DNA from: Clostridia bacterium
Lineage (GTDB): Bacteria > Bacillota > Clostridia > RGIG6154
Direction: 5' to 3'
Length of the DNA: 64,000 bases
Assembly (NCBI GenBank): GCA_045589295.1
Contig: JAZNOU010000021.1
Coordinates: 4,822 to 68,821 of the forward strand
Shown: positions 1 through 9,777 of the stretch, in pieces
Layout: each line of letters starts with the position of its first letter
Position numbering within the stretch: position 1 is the first letter of the stretch
Position numbers and translations under genes: made by a program
The notes under the pieces: model-generated
What the model was told of the DNA's origin: nothing
The model's database searches: none
What the model saw: the letters and a program-made list of their open reading frames with translations, nothing else

Positions 1-1732
1 CTGAAATAATTTTTTGTGCTGTTTGTTCCGCTTCATCTAAAAGCCTGTCTTTAGCTTTTTCTATTTTCTTCTTTTCAAATTTTGCGGTCTGCTTATACTC
101 AGCAGCGTCTTTTTTTAATTTTTCAGCTTTACTGAGTTCTTTCTCAGCGGTTTGTCTGTTTAATTCAAGCGCAGATAATATGTCCTCAAACTTAATATTT
201 TCATTAGAAATATAGTTTTCAGCTTCTTTGATAATCTTTTCATCAAGACCTATACGTCTTGAGATTGCAAACGCGTTTGATTTTCCTGGTGTTCCGATAG
301 TTAATCTGTATGTCGGTCTTAAGGTTTTCACATCAAATTCACACGACGCATTTTCTATTCTCTCATTACTCATTGCATATAATTTAATTTCGCTATAATG
401 AGTAGTCGCTACAGTTTTTGCACCTTTTTTTCTTACAGTTTCAAGAATTGCTACCGCAAGTGCTGCCCCTTCTGTAGGATCTGTGCCAGCACCAAGTTCA
501 TCAAATAGCACAAGGCTGTCAAACGATACATTGTTGACAATTTGAACTATATTAGCCATGTGCGATGAAAATGTACTTAAGTTTTGTTCAATGCTTTGCT
601 CATCACCAATATCAGCGTAAACGTTTTCAAAAACTGCTATTTTACTTTCCTCAGCAACAGGAATTAAAAATCCCGCTTGCGCCATGAGAGTCATAAGCCC
701 TACTGTTTTTAAACTTACAGTTTTTCCTCCTGTATTAGGACCGGTTATTACCAATGTGTCAAAATCTTGCCCTAAATATATATCAATCGGCACAACTCTA
801 TCCGGATCAATTAACGGATGTCGTGCTTTTTTTATGTTCAAAACGCCATCATTACTAACAACAGGCTTAAATCCATTAATTTGAACTGCATATTTTGCCT
901 TTGAAAAGGCTATATCCAATTTTACAAGGTATTTAATATTTTCTAACAAACTCTCGCCTATGGAGGCAATTTTATTTGAGAGCTCTCTTAATATACGTTC
1001 TGTTTCTCTAATTTCATCAATTTCAAGTTCTCTGATCTTATTGTTCATTTCCACAACGGACGCAGGTTCAATAAAAAGTGTTGCTCCCGTCGAGGAAGTG
1101 TCGTGAACAATACCTTTAATACTGGTTTTATATTCAGCTTTAACCGGTACAACATATCTGCCATTTCTGGTTGTAATTATTAATTCCTGAAGATACTTTG
1201 AGTATTGCTGCGATGTGATGAATTTATTAAGAGTTGATTTAATATTTGCATCGAGTTGCGACTTGCTTCTTCTTATTTTAAGCAAATCCTCAGACGCACT
1301 GTCTGACAGAGTTTCTTCATTTAGGATTGATGAATCAATCTCTCTTTCAAGTGATTCATATGCATACACATTTTCAATATATCCGTTAATGATAGGATAT
1401 TGTTCCATTTCTTCACCATATTCGTGATATGCCTTAGATACTCTCAAAAGCGTATTGACTGACAATAACTCTTTAATTGAAAGCACTCCGTCAGCCATTG
1501 TCTTTTTAATCAAAATATCCTGGTTTTCTATTCCGCATGATGGCGGAGTAGAAAATTTTAGTAACAAAACAACTGCTTGATCAGTTTCATCAAGCAGACG
1601 TTTTACACCATCAATATCTGTTCTGGGTCTGAGTTTTAAAATTATTTCTCTTGTCTTACTTCCAGTTGAAAATTCAGATACTTTCGCTAGGATTTTATCA
1701 AACTCAAGAGTTTTTAAAGTTTTGTCATTCAT
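1..1732 (-). CDS. mutS2: Endonuclease MutS2 (N-terminal ~575 aa; C-terminal Smr end lies beyond window start)
   Basis: Reverse-strand translation from ATG at 1732 gives MNDKTLKTLEFDKILAKV... and the MutS ATPase motif FDELGAGTDPTEGAALA. The ORF runs off the window edge, so it is absent from the track. Confidence 0.85.
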   Translation of the reverse strand, partial: MNDKTLKTLEFDKILAKVSEFSTGSKTREIILKLRPRTDIDGVKRLLDETDQAVVLLLKFSTPPSCGIENQDILIKKTMADGVLSIKELLSVNTLLRVSKAYHEYGEEMEQYPIINGYIENVYAYESLEREIDSSILNEETLSDSASEDLLKIRRSKSQLDANIKSTLNKFITSQQYSKYLQELIITTRNGRYVVPVKAEYKTSIKGIVHDTSSTGATLFIEPASVVEMNNKIRELEIDEIRETERILRELSNKIASIGESLLENIKYLVKLDIAFSKAKYAVQINGFKPVVSNDGVLNIKKARHPLIDPDRVVPIDIYLGQDFDTLVITGPNTGGKTVSLKTVGLMTLMAQAGFLIPVAEESKIAVFENVYADIGDEQSIEQNLSTFSSHMANIVQIVNNVSFDSLVLFDELGAGTDPTEGAALAVAILETVRKKGAKTVATTHYSEIKLYAMSNERIENASCEFDVKTLRPTYRLTIGTPGKSNAFAISRRIGLDEKIIKEAENYISNENIKFEDILSALELNRQTAEKELSKAEKLKKDAAEYKQTAKFEKKKIEKAKDRLLDEAEQTAQKIIS

Positions 1733-2546
1733 ATTCTTTTAGTATTCCCTCTAAATATTTAACCGACTCAATTATCTGGCCAACATTCTCATAACAATCG
1801 TTATACACTTCCAGAATGAGTGCATTTTTGTAGTTAACATCTCTAAGCATTGATATGATTTTTTTAAAATCTCTTATACCATCACCAGGTAAAATACAAG
1901 AAGCACAATCATTATAATCGCTAATGTGTACATTTACTAAATTAGATTGCATTACAGAAATATAATCTGCTATCTTTTCTTTAGACCTTAATGCTTGTTT
2001 TAAATCAAGTGTAAACCCAAAATCATTTTTATCGAGATATTGCATACATTTCTTTAGAAAATCAACTTCGCCTGACTGGCACCAACTTACGTTTTCCCAC
2101 GCTAAAAGTCCGCCACACTCTTTTGCAATATGTGAAATATTTGAAAAAATTTCGCAATATGCTTTGTAAGAAAAACTGCTATTACACAATTCTTTTCTAC
2201 TACCATGAAATGTATAATAAGAAGCACCAAGATATTCCATGGCTTTACAAATTTTAATAAACTGTAAATGTGCATCTTGGCTTCTTCTTTTATATTCACT
2301 GAATAAAAAAGGTTCAAAAGTTGCACAAAATGAATGTATCGAAACAACATTCATATCATAATAATCAATCTTATCTTTTAAAACCTTGCAAAATGAAAGT
2401 TCTGCTTCACTATTTGCCTCTAAAAAAATTTCAATATTCTTAATTCCTGATTTTGCAAGTACTTCAACAGCATCTTCAGTTTGAGTTGGATATAAACTCG
2501 CAGTTGATACACCAATAAACATTACATAAATTTTGCTAACACACAT
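1725..2546 (-). CDS. Sugar phosphate isomerase/epimerase (xylose-isomerase-like TIM barrel) family protein
   Basis: 273 aa ORF with the typical TIM-barrel isomerase composition. Overlaps the mutS2 start by 8 nt. The start is uncertain (alternative ATG at 2522, MFIGVSTASLY). Confidence 0.55.
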   Translation of the reverse strand: MCVSKIYVMFIGVSTASLYPTQTEDAVEVLAKSGIKNIEIFLEANSEAELSFCKVLKDKIDYYDMNVVSIHSFCATFEPFLFSEYKRRSQDAHLQFIKICKAMEYLGASYYTFHGSRKELCNSSFSYKAYCEIFSNISHIAKECGGLLAWENVSWCQSGEVDFLKKCMQYLDKNDFGFTLDLKQALRSKEKIADYISVMQSNLVNVHISDYNDCASCILPGDGIRDFKKIISMLRDVNYKNALILEVYNDCYENVGQIIESVKYLEGILKEYE

Positions 2547-2614
2547 CTTTCAGGTGCTAATTACAATAATTATCACCTCTTGATGCACAGCAATCTCCTT
2601 CGTTTACATTTAAT

Positions 2615-3256
2615 TTATTCGCTTATGTGAGGCATATTCCACTTAAAGTATGCCGCAGCAAATCTTATCAAAACAATTATTATACTTGCAAGTGTCATTG
2701 ACAATTCGGCACCTAAAACATTATATGAATAATAGCATATAACCGCGCCCGCAACAGAAGCCAAGGCGTAAATATGCTTTACAAATATATATGGAATATT
2801 ACCTGTAAGCACGTCACGGGTTATGCCTCCGCCTATTCCTGTTATAACACCAACAAAAGTAACAAGTAATACATTGTCACTATATCCAAGTCTGATAGCA
2901 GTATTAACACCGACAACAGTAAAAATAGCAAGACCAATAGAGTCGAATATAAGCATTAATGTATCATAATGTACTCTCCTTGCGTCGGTTAATAACTCTT
3001 TTTTGAAATAAATTATGATAAATAAAATTAACGACGTAATAACCGATGTTGTAACATAAGTATAATCACAAAACATTACCGGTGGGCGAACCCCTAAAAT
3101 AATATCTCTGATAAGTCCTCCGCCTACAGTTGTAACAACGCCCAAAACTATTACACCAAATAAATCCATTTTCATTTTTGCCGCTGTTAAAACTCCTGAA
3201 GATGCAAAAGAAATGCACGCCAAAATTTCTAAAAATCTCAACCATATACTCGTCAT
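2615..3256 (-). CDS. UPF0126/TRIC-family membrane protein (two GGGxxRD repeats)
   Basis: 213 aa polytopic protein with duplicated G-G-G-x-x-R-D motifs (TTVGGGLIRD, GIGGGITRD). RBS CAGGAGACA lies before the ATG at 3256. Confidence 0.7.
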   Translation of the reverse strand: MTSIWLRFLEILACISFASSGVLTAAKMKMDLFGVIVLGVVTTVGGGLIRDIILGVRPPVMFCDYTYVTTSVITSLILFIIIYFKKELLTDARRVHYDTLMLIFDSIGLAIFTVVGVNTAIRLGYSDNVLLVTFVGVITGIGGGITRDVLTGNIPYIFVKHIYALASVAGAVICYYSYNVLGAELSMTLASIIIVLIRFAAAYFKWNMPHISE

Positions 3257-3339
3257 TATTTGTCTCCTGAACTATAAATAATCATTACTATGTAATAATA
3301 ACACTTTTTAAAATGATTTGCAACACAAATTAAAAAAAA

Positions 3340-3363
3340 CTGCCTTTAAAGGCAGTTTTTTTT
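3340..3363 (-). terminator. Rho-independent terminator (hairpin CTGCCTTT/AAAGGCAG plus T-run) after the dockerin gene
   Basis: Perfect 8-bp stem flanked by an A-run and a T-run immediately after the stop codon at 3362. Confidence 0.75.
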
Positions 3364-4003
3364 AATTATTCAAATCTCTATTTGCAATAGTTTGTTTCAA
3401 TTCTGCGATATCTAAAAGTGAAACGACACCGTCCTCATTATAATCTGCAACATATTCCTCACGTTCTGTCCATAAATCCACAACATCCCGGACACCAGCA
3501 AGATAGTTTTTGAGCTTTATAATATCTAAAGTGTTAACAACGCTATCATTATTAACATCTCCAAGAACCAAACTGCCCGATATGCCATATGGGAATGTTG
3601 TTCTTGCTACTAAGGAAAATTCATCTGCGCCCATAAGCAATACATATATACCTTTTGGTGCATTATCAGGGAATGCAAATGTAAAGCTACCATTTTTATA
3701 TGTAATCTGATTTAAATAATATATATTTTCTTTCTTTGGATAAGCATCATTGTTTTCAGGAAGATACGCAACAAAAGTTATCTCAGATAAATCACTTACA
3801 AGCTTATCTGAAGAAAATTCAACTGTAATTTCCTTCCCGGAAACAGCTACACCACTATCTGATATATCAATTGTATTGCCATTTTCTGTAGCTAAGTACA
3901 AAGAAGACGCCCGCATAACCCCAAAGTCTAATTCCTGTGCAAAACAAGAAACTGCTGTCAACGTTAACAATACAGCTAATAAAAAGCATAAAATTTTACG
4001 CAT
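3362..4003 (-). CDS. Secreted dockerin-domain protein (signal peptide, ~130 aa unknown domain, type-I dockerin)
   Basis: N-terminal signal peptide MRKILCFLLAVLLTLTAVSCFA. The C-terminus carries two Ca-binding dockerin repeats: GDVNNDSVVNTLDIIKLKNYLAG and DYNEDGVVSLLDIAELKQTIAN. Confidence 0.8.
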   Translation of the reverse strand: MRKILCFLLAVLLTLTAVSCFAQELDFGVMRASSLYLATENGNTIDISDSGVAVSGKEITVEFSSDKLVSDLSEITFVAYLPENNDAYPKKENIYYLNQITYKNGSFTFAFPDNAPKGIYVLLMGADEFSLVARTTFPYGISGSLVLGDVNNDSVVNTLDIIKLKNYLAGVRDVVDLWTEREEYVADYNEDGVVSLLDIAELKQTIANRDLNN

Positions 4004-4066
4004 AATTAACCCCTTGTGTTTTTTCTTATATTGTATATCATTTTAGTTTTTTTGTCAACTTTAAAA

Positions 4067-4095
4067 CTTGTTATTATGCCAATTTTATGTTATAC
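4067..4095 (+). promoter_or_regulatory. Sigma-A-type promoter for tmcAL (TTGTTA, 17 nt spacer, TATACT)
   Basis: -35 at 4067-4072 and -10 at 4090-4095. RBS AATGGAGAA at 4106-4114. Confidence 0.45.
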
Positions 4096-4120
4096 TAAAC
4101 TAAAGAATGGAGAATTAAAA

Positions 4121-5266
4121 ATGAAGATACTTGGCATTACATCTGAATACAATCCTTTCCACAACGGTCATAAACATCACATTGATTTCTCAAAACACGC
4201 ACTTTCCCCAGATGCAACTGTTGTTGTAATGAGTGGTAACTTTACACAAAGAGGTGAAATTGCCTGTTTTGACAAGTGGACAAGAACAAAGTGTGCACTT
4301 TTAAATGGTGCAGACCTTGTTGTTGAACTTCCAACAGAATTTGCTACCTCCTCAGCAGAGCGTTTTGCATACGGGAGTGTTTATCTCTTGAATGAGATGG
4401 GAGCAACTCATATCTCTTTTGGAGCAGAAGACGATATTTGTAAGCTGAATAAAATCGCAGACAGTCTGCTTGATAAAAATTTTTCCGTTGAAAAAGGTTC
4501 TCCTATCCCATTTCATATTGCAAGACAATCCTCTTTAGATGAAAAAGATATTATCTCCAAACCAAATAATATTTTGGGTGTGGAATATCTTAAAGCCATA
4601 AAATCATTAAACTCTCACATCGAACCGCTTGCTGTAAAAAGGCTGGGTGCAGGATATAACGATACTGAAATTATTGACGGCACTGCCTCAGCTTCAAAAA
4701 TTCGTTCTATGATACTAGAAAATGATGCATATGACAATCTCGTTCCTGAAAATGTTAAGCAAATTTATGCAAGCAGCAAATTTTTATCTCAAGAAGCCTT
4801 GTTTAGTTTGCTTATTTATGCTATTAAATCAAAGGGTGTCACTGAAATACAAAAAATCGCACATATACGTGAGGGTATTGAAAACAGAATTTTCAAATGT
4901 GCATTTAAATCTTCCTCACTTGATGAATTAGTTAAAAACATAAAATCAAAACGTTACACATATACAAGTATTTCAAGAATGCTCGTCAGCATTTTACTTG
5001 GCATAAAAAAAGATACACTTTGTAATCACCCTGATTACATCCGTGTACTTGGTCTTAATGATAATGGTGCAAAAGCTTTAAATTATATTAAATCACAAAC
5101 CAAACTACCTATTATAGCAAAACTTTCAGGTGCAATATCAAATCTTCCACCAAGCGCACAAAAATCGCTTGAGCTTGATATTTTGGCAAGTGACATCTAT
5201 TATACAATTTCCAAAATTAAAACATCAGGCCACCCTGATTTTATATATTCACCAATAAAAATTTAA
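4121..5266 (+). CDS. tmcAL: tRNA(Met) cytidine acetate ligase TmcAL (YlbM/UPF0348 nucleotidyltransferase)
   Basis: MKILGITSEYNPFHNGHKHHI... HxGH nucleotidyltransferase motif. The start was refined from the track's 4016 to the ATG at 4121, which has a good RBS. Confidence 0.8.
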   Translation: MKILGITSEYNPFHNGHKHHIDFSKHALSPDATVVVMSGNFTQRGEIACFDKWTRTKCALLNGADLVVELPTEFATSSAERFAYGSVYLLNEMGATHISFGAEDDICKLNKIADSLLDKNFSVEKGSPIPFHIARQSSLDEKDIISKPNNILGVEYLKAIKSLNSHIEPLAVKRLGAGYNDTEIIDGTASASKIRSMILENDAYDNLVPENVKQIYASSKFLSQEALFSLLIYAIKSKGVTEIQKIAHIREGIENRIFKCAFKSSSLDELVKNIKSKRYTYTSISRMLVSILLGIKKDTLCNHPDYIRVLGLNDNGAKALNYIKSQTKLPIIAKLSGAISNLPPSAQKSLELDILASDIYYTISKIKTSGHPDFIYSPIKI

Positions 5267-5294
5267 GGTATGCTTTTTAAAGCATACCTTTTTT
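5267..5294. terminator. Bidirectional rho-independent terminator between tmcAL (+) and prmA (-)
   Basis: Stem GGTATGCT/AGCATACC with loop TTTTAA, flanked by an A-run and a T-run. Confidence 0.75.
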
Positions 5295-5296
5295 AG

Positions 5297-6262
5297 TTAT
5301 TTTTTTAACGAAAGTTCACCGCAAGCCCATGCATTTAAACCTGTTACATTGTCAAGTTTAAATCCATATTTCTGAATTTCATCTAAAACTTCATCTTTTC
5401 TTTCAATTATTATTCCAGAAACTATGAGTTTTCCGTCTTCTTTAAGAAATTCTGCAAAATATGGTGCAAAGGCCTTTAGAACGTCAGCAACAATATTTGC
5501 AAATATGTAATCATATTTTTTATGACCTATATTTTTTCTCAAATCCTCATCTAAAGTTATGTCACCACAAAACGTGTCGAAAGTTTCATCCGAAAATTTA
5601 TTAATTCCTAAATTTTCGGCAGCAATCCTTATGCTATTTTGGTCAATATCAACCAAATTAGCATGGCTTGCACCAAAAAGCAAAGCACCAATTGATAGGA
5701 TCCCGCTACCACACCCTAAATCAAGAACTTCTTTATCCTTTAAATCGTATTTTTGCATTACCTCTAAACACATTTTTGTAGTTTCATGTGTTCCTGTACC
5801 AAAACTCATTCCAGGATCAATCTGAAGTACTTTTCTGTTTTCGGCATTCTCTACTTCTTCCCACGATGGTTTAATCAAAAGATTTTTCCCAATGTAAAGC
5901 GGTTTAAAAAACTGTTTCCAGTTGTTTTCCCAATCCTCCTCTTTAACATTGTTGATCTGCATTTCAAGGCTTCCGTAAAGATTTTGTTTTTTAAGTTCAC
6001 AAATTGATTGCTTTAGTGCTGACATCATATCTAATCCTTGTGAATTTTCAGGAAGATATAAAATGATTTTTGTTTCGCAATCCTTGAGATACATAAGGTC
6101 ATCATCAACATAATCCCAATACGTTTGTGTACCCTCTAAAAACTCATTAAAATCATCAGAGTTTTCAATCCTAATACCGGTTATACCTATATTTAAAAGG
6201 TGACCTGTAAGAACCTCGATACCCTCTGAATTTGTAATAATACTAATCTCTGTCCAATTCAT
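5297..6262 (-). CDS. prmA: Ribosomal protein L11 methyltransferase
   Basis: SAM-binding motif VLDLGCGSGILSIGA and the PrmA C-terminal domain. It is the last gene of the dnaK operon, as in other Firmicutes. Confidence 0.9.
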   Translation of the reverse strand: MNWTEISIITNSEGIEVLTGHLLNIGITGIRIENSDDFNEFLEGTQTYWDYVDDDLMYLKDCETKIILYLPENSQGLDMMSALKQSICELKKQNLYGSLEMQINNVKEEDWENNWKQFFKPLYIGKNLLIKPSWEEVENAENRKVLQIDPGMSFGTGTHETTKMCLEVMQKYDLKDKEVLDLGCGSGILSIGALLFGASHANLVDIDQNSIRIAAENLGINKFSDETFDTFCGDITLDEDLRKNIGHKKYDYIFANIVADVLKAFAPYFAEFLKEDGKLIVSGIIIERKDEVLDEIQKYGFKLDNVTGLNAWACGELSLKK

Positions 6263-6271
6263 AATCTTACC

Positions 6272-7399
6272 CTATTTAAAAATGTTTTTAACTTTCTCAA
6301 AAAAGTTATTTTTGTTTATATGATTATTTCCGCTGTCAGAATTTTGGAATTCTTTAAGTAAACTCTTTTGTTTCGAAGAAAGATTTTTTGGAACATCAAT
6401 AACAACAGTAAACAAGTGGTCGCCTTTTCCAAAAATCTTTTTTATACCCTTACCTTTCAATGTAAAAGTTGTGCCTGTTTGAGTACCATCAGGAATCTTA
6501 TACTTTACATTTCCGTGAATTGTAGGCACTTCAATTTCTGAACCTAAGCACGCTTCAACAAACGTTATAGGAACATCACAGTATACATTTGCATCACGTC
6601 TTTTAAAAATAGGGTGCGGAGCAATTCTGATTCCAATAATAAGATCACCATATGGACCTCCGTTTGCACCAATATTTCCAAAACCACGTTTTTGCAAATA
6701 CTGCCCATTGTCTACTCCCTCAGGAATATCAAGTTTTATCTTCTTGTTTTTCTGCACCTTACCCTGACCACTGCATGTAGGACATGGTGTTTTAACAATT
6801 TTACCTTTACCTGCACAATGTGGACACGGTGAAGATGTCATCATATTGCCTAAAATCGTACGTTGCATTCTTTTTATTTGACCCGTACCTCTGCAATGTT
6901 GACAAACTTCAGGAGAAGTTCCTTTTTTAGCGCCAGTACCACCGCAATCAGGACAAGCTTCAACACGCTTAAAACTAATTTCTTTCGTTGTTCCAAAAGC
7001 CGCCTCTTCAAAAGTAATATTTGCAGTAATTTCTATATCACTACCTTGTCTTGGAGCATTTGAAGATGCAGACGAAGAAAATCCGCCAAAAAATGAATCA
7101 AAAATGTCCCCAAAACCTTCGGCACCAAATCCTCCAAAACCTGCTCCGCCTTGACCGGCACCATAGTTTGGATCAACACCTGCGTGACCAAACTGGTCAT
7201 ACCTTGATTTCTTTTCAGGGTTAGAAAGCACTTCGTATGCTTCATTTACTTCTTTAAATTTGGCTTCTGCCTCTTTGTTGCCAGGGTTCATATCCGGATG
7301 GTATTTTTTAGCCTGAGTTCTGAACGCCTTTTTTATATCAGCTTCAGTTGCTCCTTTTGAAACACCCAGCACTTCATAGTAATCACGTTTATCTGCCAA
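6272..7399 (-). CDS. dnaJ: Chaperone DnaJ
   Basis: J-domain with HPD (YHPDMN), a G/F-rich linker and four CxxCxGxG zinc-finger repeats. Confidence 0.95.
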   Translation of the reverse strand: MADKRDYYEVLGVSKGATEADIKKAFRTQAKKYHPDMNPGNKEAEAKFKEVNEAYEVLSNPEKKSRYDQFGHAGVDPNYGAGQGGAGFGGFGAEGFGDIFDSFFGGFSSSASSNAPRQGSDIEITANITFEEAAFGTTKEISFKRVEACPDCGGTGAKKGTSPEVCQHCRGTGQIKRMQRTILGNMMTSSPCPHCAGKGKIVKTPCPTCSGQGKVQKNKKIKLDIPEGVDNGQYLQKRGFGNIGANGGPYGDLIIGIRIAPHPIFKRRDANVYCDVPITFVEACLGSEIEVPTIHGNVKYKIPDGTQTGTTFTLKGKGIKKIFGKGDHLFTVVIDVPKNLSSKQKSLLKEFQNSDSGNNHINKNNFFEKVKNIFK

Positions 7400-7438
7400 A
7401 AGTTATCTACCTTTCAATCATTATTTACATAAGCACCA

Positions 7439-7463
7439 TAAGCGGCTCATAAAAAGCCGCTTA
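7439..7463 (-). other. dnaK-dnaJ intergenic stem-loop (possible partial terminator or mRNA-stabilising hairpin)
   Basis: TAAGCGGC / GCCGCTTA 8-bp stem in the 77-nt dnaK-dnaJ spacer. There is no clean T-run on the minus strand. Confidence 0.3.
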
Positions 7464-7476
7464 CTGAATTTTAAAA

Positions 7477-9276
7477 TTACTCGTCGTCTACAACTTCACC
7501 CTGAGCTTCATTAGCACCGCCGTTAGGATCCATACCTTCAGGATTTGCCTGCTGATACATTTTTGCAGATATTTCATAAAATACCTTTGTAAGACCTTCT
7601 GTAGCCGCCTTAATTGCCTCAGTGTCTGTTCCTTTGAGAGCTTCTTTAACTTTTTCACATTCTGTTGTGATATTTGCTTTTTCTTCCTCTGAAATTTTAT
7701 CTTTCATTTCTTCTAAAGCTTTTTCTGTCTGATACACCAAAGAATCTGCCTGGTTTCTTACTTCAATCTCTTCTTTTTTCTTTTTGTCCTCTTCAGCATA
7801 CTGTTCAGCCTCTTTCACTGCTTTATCTATATCTTCGTCAGAAAGATTTGTGCTTGCAGTAATAGTAATTTTCTGTTCTGCGCCTGTGCCTAAATCTTTT
7901 GCTGAAACATTTACGATACCGTTTGCGTCAATATCAAAAGTAACTTCAATCTGCGGTACACCTCTTGGAGCCGGAGCAATACCTGTAAGATTAAATCTTC
8001 CAAGAGTTTTGTTATATTGCGCCATTTCTCTTTCACCTTGTAAAACGTGAATTTCAACTGATGTCTGACCGTCAGCTGCAGTAGAGAACACTTGACTCTT
8101 CTTTGTAGGGATTGTAGTATTTCTTTCAATAAGTTTTGTGCAAACTCCACCTAAAGTTTCAATACCGAGTGAAAGTGGTGTAACATCAAGCAAGAGAAGG
8201 TCTTTTACATCGCCTGCTAAAACACCGCCCTGAATTGAAGCACCAACTGCTACACATTCATCAGGATTTACACCTTTGTGAGGCTCTTTACCCATTATAT
8301 TTTTAACCGCTTCCTGAACTGCAGGAATTCTTGAAGAACCACCAACTAAAATAACTTTATTGATTTCAGAAGCTGAAAGTCCTGAATCACGAAGTGCATT
8401 CTTTGTAGGTTCTATTGTTTTCTGAACTAAATCTGCTGTAAGTTCATCAAACTTTGCTCTTGTAATTGTAATATCTAAATGCTTAGGACCTGTTGCATCT
8501 GCTGAAATAAATGGTAAGTTTACGTTTGTTGTCATAGCAGATGATAATTCAATTTTTGCTTTTTCAGCAGCTTCTTTAAGACGCTGTGCAGCCATTTTAT
8601 CTGCTCTTAAATCAATTCCGTTTTCTTTTTTGAATTCTTCAGCTAAGTAGTCGATAACTTTCTGGTCAAAGTCATCACCACCAAGATGGTTATTACCGCT
8701 TGTAGCTAAAACTTCAAATACGCCGTCACCAATTTCAAGGATTGAAACGTCAAATGTACCTCCGCCTAAGTCATAAACCATAATTTTTTCGCCATTGTCT
8801 TTATCAAGACCATAAGCAAGCGCTGCAGCAGTAGGTTCATTAATAATTCTCAAAACTTCAAGTCCTGCAATCTTACCTGCATCCTTTGTAGCCTGACGTT
8901 GTGCATCAGAAAAATATGCAGGAACTGTGATTACAGCCTGTGATACTGTCTCGCCAAGATAGCTTTCTGCATCTGCTTTTAATTTCTGCAAAACCATTGC
9001 TGAAATTTCTTGTGGGGTGTAAGCTTTATCATCAATTGCCACCTTTTTATCTGTACCCATATCTCTTTTAATTGAGATAATTGTTCTATCAGGATTTGTA
9101 ATAGCCTGTCTTTTTGCCACCTGACCAACAAGTCTTTCTCCATCTTTTGTAAAAGCTACTACTGAAGGTGTTGTTCTTGCACCTTCTGCATTTGTAATAA
9201 CAGTCGCTTCGCCGCCTTCCATAACAGCTACGCAAGAGTTTGTTGTACCTAAGTCAATACCAATAATTTTTCCCAT
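7477..9276 (-). CDS. dnaK: Chaperone DnaK (Hsp70)
   Basis: [21 protein letters not shown] and the full Hsp70 architecture over 599 aa. Confidence 0.97.
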   Translation of the reverse strand: MGKIIGIDLGTTNSCVAVMEGGEATVITNAEGARTTPSVVAFTKDGERLVGQVAKRQAITNPDRTIISIKRDMGTDKKVAIDDKAYTPQEISAMVLQKLKADAESYLGETVSQAVITVPAYFSDAQRQATKDAGKIAGLEVLRIINEPTAAALAYGLDKDNGEKIMVYDLGGGTFDVSILEIGDGVFEVLATSGNNHLGGDDFDQKVIDYLAEEFKKENGIDLRADKMAAQRLKEAAEKAKIELSSAMTTNVNLPFISADATGPKHLDITITRAKFDELTADLVQKTIEPTKNALRDSGLSASEINKVILVGGSSRIPAVQEAVKNIMGKEPHKGVNPDECVAVGASIQGGVLAGDVKDLLLLDVTPLSLGIETLGGVCTKLIERNTTIPTKKSQVFSTAADGQTSVEIHVLQGEREMAQYNKTLGRFNLTGIAPAPRGVPQIEVTFDIDANGIVNVSAKDLGTGAEQKITITASTNLSDEDIDKAVKEAEQYAEEDKKKKEEIEVRNQADSLVYQTEKALEEMKDKISEEEKANITTECEKVKEALKGTDTEAIKAATEGLTKVFYEISAKMYQQANPEGMDPNGGANEAQGEVVDDE

Positions 9277-9294
9277 TTTATTTTCCTCCTAAAA

Positions 9295-9777
9295 CTAATT
9301 TGCTACTTTAACAACACTGTGTCTTAACACTTTGTCTTTTATCATATAACCTTTTACAAATTCTTCAACAATTTCATTTTCCCCAAAATTATCATCATCA
9401 ATATGCATTACAGCATCATGAAAATTAGGATCAAACTTTTCACCAACTGCAACAATTGGTTTAACACCCAAATTATCCAGTGTATCTATTAGCTGCTTGT
9501 ATATCATACTTACACCTTGAACAAAATCAGATTTTTCACTTTCATTAATTGAAGCGATTGCTCTGTCAAAATTGTCAACCACGGGTAAAATTTGTTCAAT
9601 TGCAGAACTTAGACCATTGCTGTACGAACCAAGCATTTCTTTTTGCGTTCTTTTTTTGTAATTATCAAAATCCGCATAAAGTCTTACATATTTATCTTTC
9701 CACTCATCAACTTGCACTTGTTCAGTTTCTTCTGTTTCAGTTTCTTCGCAAGCCTTGGTGTTTTCTTTCTCACTCAC
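9295..9777 (-). CDS. grpE: Nucleotide exchange factor GrpE
   Basis: GrpE fold and length. It sits between hrcA and dnaK. Confidence 0.9.
   Translation of the reverse strand: MSEKENTKACEETETEETEQVQVDEWKDKYVRLYADFDNYKKRTQKEMLGSYSNGLSSAIEQILPVVDNFDRAIASINESEKSDFVQGVSMIYKQLIDTLDNLGVKPIVAVGEKFDPNFHDAVMHIDDDNFGENEIVEEFVKGYMIKDKVLRHSVVKVAN

Noticed and set aside
2102-2350. Nested or overlapping short ORFs from the track. Examples: 2102-2350, 3510-4046, 7033-7245, 9549-9842, 20610-20829, 41742-42206, 60030-60233, 62795-63043.
   Set aside because: All lie within or antisense to strongly supported genes. They have low-complexity or K/F/L-rich translations and no translation signals.
4016-4120. Track start of the tmcAL ORF at 4016 (MFFLILYIILVFLSTLKLVIMPILCYTKLKNGELK…). 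Other track starts are similarly N-terminally extended: psiE at 36103, glyQS at 38888, fmt at 50200, yicC at 54855, oadB at 56328, frdA-like at 62442, nth at 23483.
   Set aside because: The extensions lack an RBS, overlap promoter regions or upstream genes, and precede the conserved family N-terminus. Internal ATG/GTG codons with good Shine-Dalgarno spacing were preferred.
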